Below, one piece after another: positions 61,051 to 63,531 of a stretch of DNA of 63,531 nt (its first letter is position 1; each line of letters starts with the position of its first letter). The stretch comes from Girardia tigrina (taxonomy: Eukaryota), in contig MQRK01216426.1 in NCBI GenBank assembly GCA_001938485.1, positions 1-63,531 on the forward strand, in the 5' to 3' direction. The translations under genes and the position numbers were made by a program. The notes beneath the pieces were generated by a model. That model made no database searches. It was given only the letters and a program-made list of their open reading frames with translations, and was not told the origin of the DNA.

Positions 61051-62208
61051 TCAGAGATAGTTTAATAAATAATTTTATCAAAAATTTCAATGAAATTAAT
61101 TTTATCAATAATTTTCTATAAATGATTTATGAATCTTTTTATTTCTTTGGATTTTTAGCTAGTTATTTTAAAAATATAATTAACTGTTAATATAACAGAA
61201 TTTGGGAAATATTGGAATTGTATATGGGTGTCATCATATCATTCAAAACACTCAATAATTTAATAATGATTATTGATAGTAATTTAATTATCTATACACA
61301 ATTGTCTTTCCGGAATTGTCTTGTCACAATTTTTTGATAGGTCTCGTTAATCTAATATTGACTAATATAGTAACTCAAGGTCGATTAAGTTCAAATGTCT
61401 AATTTTTGAAGTTTTATCCTCGGAAACTTGCATACAGTGATGGATCTTAGTTACAGATATAGGTCTACGGTAAGTCAAGGTCATCCAAGATCAAATGCTT
61501 AAAATTTGAATTAAAGCTTAGGCAATCGATTTTGAGTTGATTTTGAGTCATATAATCATGATATTTAGATTATTTAATATCCTTCGTTGCCATTCGGGAC
61601 CATATTCAATATCTAGAAATCCAAGTTTTATTTCACGTTGTTGAATAGTCAAAGAAAATATGATTTATTTTTTAAAAATGGTCACTGTAAAATATTGATG
61701 CTTTCATAACACTGAACACTATTATGGTTCGGGTCATAATAGGTAAATCTCAGCATAAATTTCTATTAGCAGTAAAAAAACTGATACATAAAAGAGAAAA
61801 TGCGTTGTTCGTCACTCACTGCAGTGGGTCTATATTTTTTTCTGAATAAAACCTAACAGAACACGAACATTGTAGTTGTGAAAGATGATTAAAAAAAGAT
61901 TTAGAAATAGCAAAAAAGAGATAATCAGTTACTATCAAATGAAAATCTAGATCTGGCAAACAGCAACAAATAACAAACGACAACTATCACCATAATTAAA
62001 GATCAAATTCTAGCTCAAATTCAGATAAAGTGATGTTATTTATGACTTATAGATTATCATTGCTTGTATTTTGGACTTGAGATTATTTGATTTTCTATAA
62101 TTATGAACCTCATCAAAATTTCTTGTAACAAATTTTAATCATTTTTAGTATTATTAAAATGCGACAATTTTTATGATAACCCAAATAGTTTGAAAAATAG
62201 GTGATCTA

Positions 62209-63422
62209 TTAGGTCTATTAATAATTAATGTAGTTCATTTGATCTTCGTTTAAATGCATCAATATAACCTACAAACCTGCGGTGAATACAAAAAGTGTAA
62301 AGCGTAATTAACAAGGTTTGTTGCAAATATTTTGTGCTTTAACTGTTGAATTTTTTTCGAAGTAGGTGGTAAAGGATGGTAGATGAAAAGCATATAAGGT
62401 ATTGCATGTTTTACGAGTTCCAGTTGGGAAGAAAAGCAAATGAGGTTGCTAAAAATATATACAGTCAGAAAATATCAGCGTTGGTTTAAGAAATTTCGCA
62501 ATGGAAATTTTTCGTTGACTGAGGAGAATGGTCGAGGCCGTGTGTCTGATTTTGACCAGGAATCCCTTGATGCTCTTGTGGTTACAAATCCTGAAATTAC
62601 ACAACAAGAGCTTGCGGCAGCTTTAAACTGTTCGCAAAAAACTATTTGCAATCAATTGCTGTCACTTGGTAAGGTTCACAAGTTTGGAGAGTGGGTTCCG
62701 CATGAGTTAACCGAAAACAACCGCAAGCAAAAAGTTACAATCTGCAGTTCGCTACTCTCTCGCCAAGACCGATTGCCATTTTTAGAAGAAATTGTTACCG
62801 GAGATGAAATATAGGTTAATCGGAAGAGACAGCCACAATGGTTGGACAAAAGCGAAGCGGTGAAACATACGCCAACGCCTGACTTGCATGCGAAAAAGGT
62901 GACGTTGTGTGTTTGCTGGAATTTTAAAGGTATTCTTCACTTTGAACTCTTACCAAACAACGAAACCATTACAAGTGGAGTGTATAGTGCACAATTGGAA
63001 ATGTTAGACCAAGCTTTGAGAAGAAAGAATCCGCGCTGATTAATCGGATGTGCGTAATTCTTCATCATGATAACGCACGACCGCATACCGCAAGAATCAC
63101 TGCGGATAAAATACGCCATTTGGATGGGAAGTTCTACTACAACCTGCACACTCTCCAGATATTGCACCATCCGATTATCATTTGTTGCGTTCATCGCAAC
63201 ATTTTCTTAGTGGAAAAAAATTCAAAAAATGAAGAGTGCTTCAAAAACGCCTTGACCGAATTTTTTGAATCTAAATCACAAGAATTTTATAACAGAGGTA
63301 TTAAGATGTTATCTGAACGTTGGGCACGAGTAGTTGAAGACAACGGCGACTATATTATTGATTAAATTCTTTTGTTTGTTTAAAAAAATTGTTTCAAATA
63401 TTTTTTTTATTACTAGACCTAA
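62209..63422 (+). mobile_element. Mariner (cecropia/Hsmar1-like), disrupted transposase 62376-63365
   Basis: TTAGGTCTA.TAATAA TIRs, TA TSD; KHIRYCMFYEFQLGRKA, WVPHEL, VTGDE, HHDNARPH, SPDIAPSDYHL. Confidence 0.92.
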
Positions 63423-63424
63423 TA

Positions 63425-63531
63425 TTAGGTTGGTCGAAAAATAATGGCGGTTTTGGGACACAAACTTCAAAGACGTGCAAATTCACAGAAACAAAAGTTT
63501 ATTAATCAAAGTATGAACCGTTGGCATCAAT
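63425..63531. mobile_element. End of another mariner abutting the previous one
   Basis: TTAGGTTGGTCGAAAAATAATGGCGGTTTT resembles the Hsmar1/MADE1 TIR. Confidence 0.7.

Overview
AT-rich eukaryotic (metazoan) genomic DNA with assembly gaps. A planarian-type flatworm is only a guess from base composition, ~45-55 bp minimal introns and the transposon content. Two spliced host genes were reconstructed by hand with consistent GT-AG phases: an 11-exon LRRC74-like LRR + EF-hand gene (1258-25961, +) and a SAAL1 orthologue (from 44334, +, 3' end unresolved). A single-exon orphan type-I membrane protein lies at 33785-34549. A tandemly duplicated TCF/LEF-HMG-fragment + DHFR cassette is nested in an LRRC74 intron. 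The rest is mostly transposon debris: a compact 4-kb Ty3/gypsy element, solo LTRs (several ending TG...TA), mariners, pogo/Tigger, Tc1/IS630, hAT, MULE, piggyBac-like MITEs, a Helitron and an REL non-LTR fragment. The most striking signal is eight minimal hammerhead-ribozyme motifs (Penelope type, palindromic stem-loop III) within 44.8-60.6 kb, in or just after SAAL1 introns. Two of them cap a ~625-bp foldback element that has no recognisable ORF.
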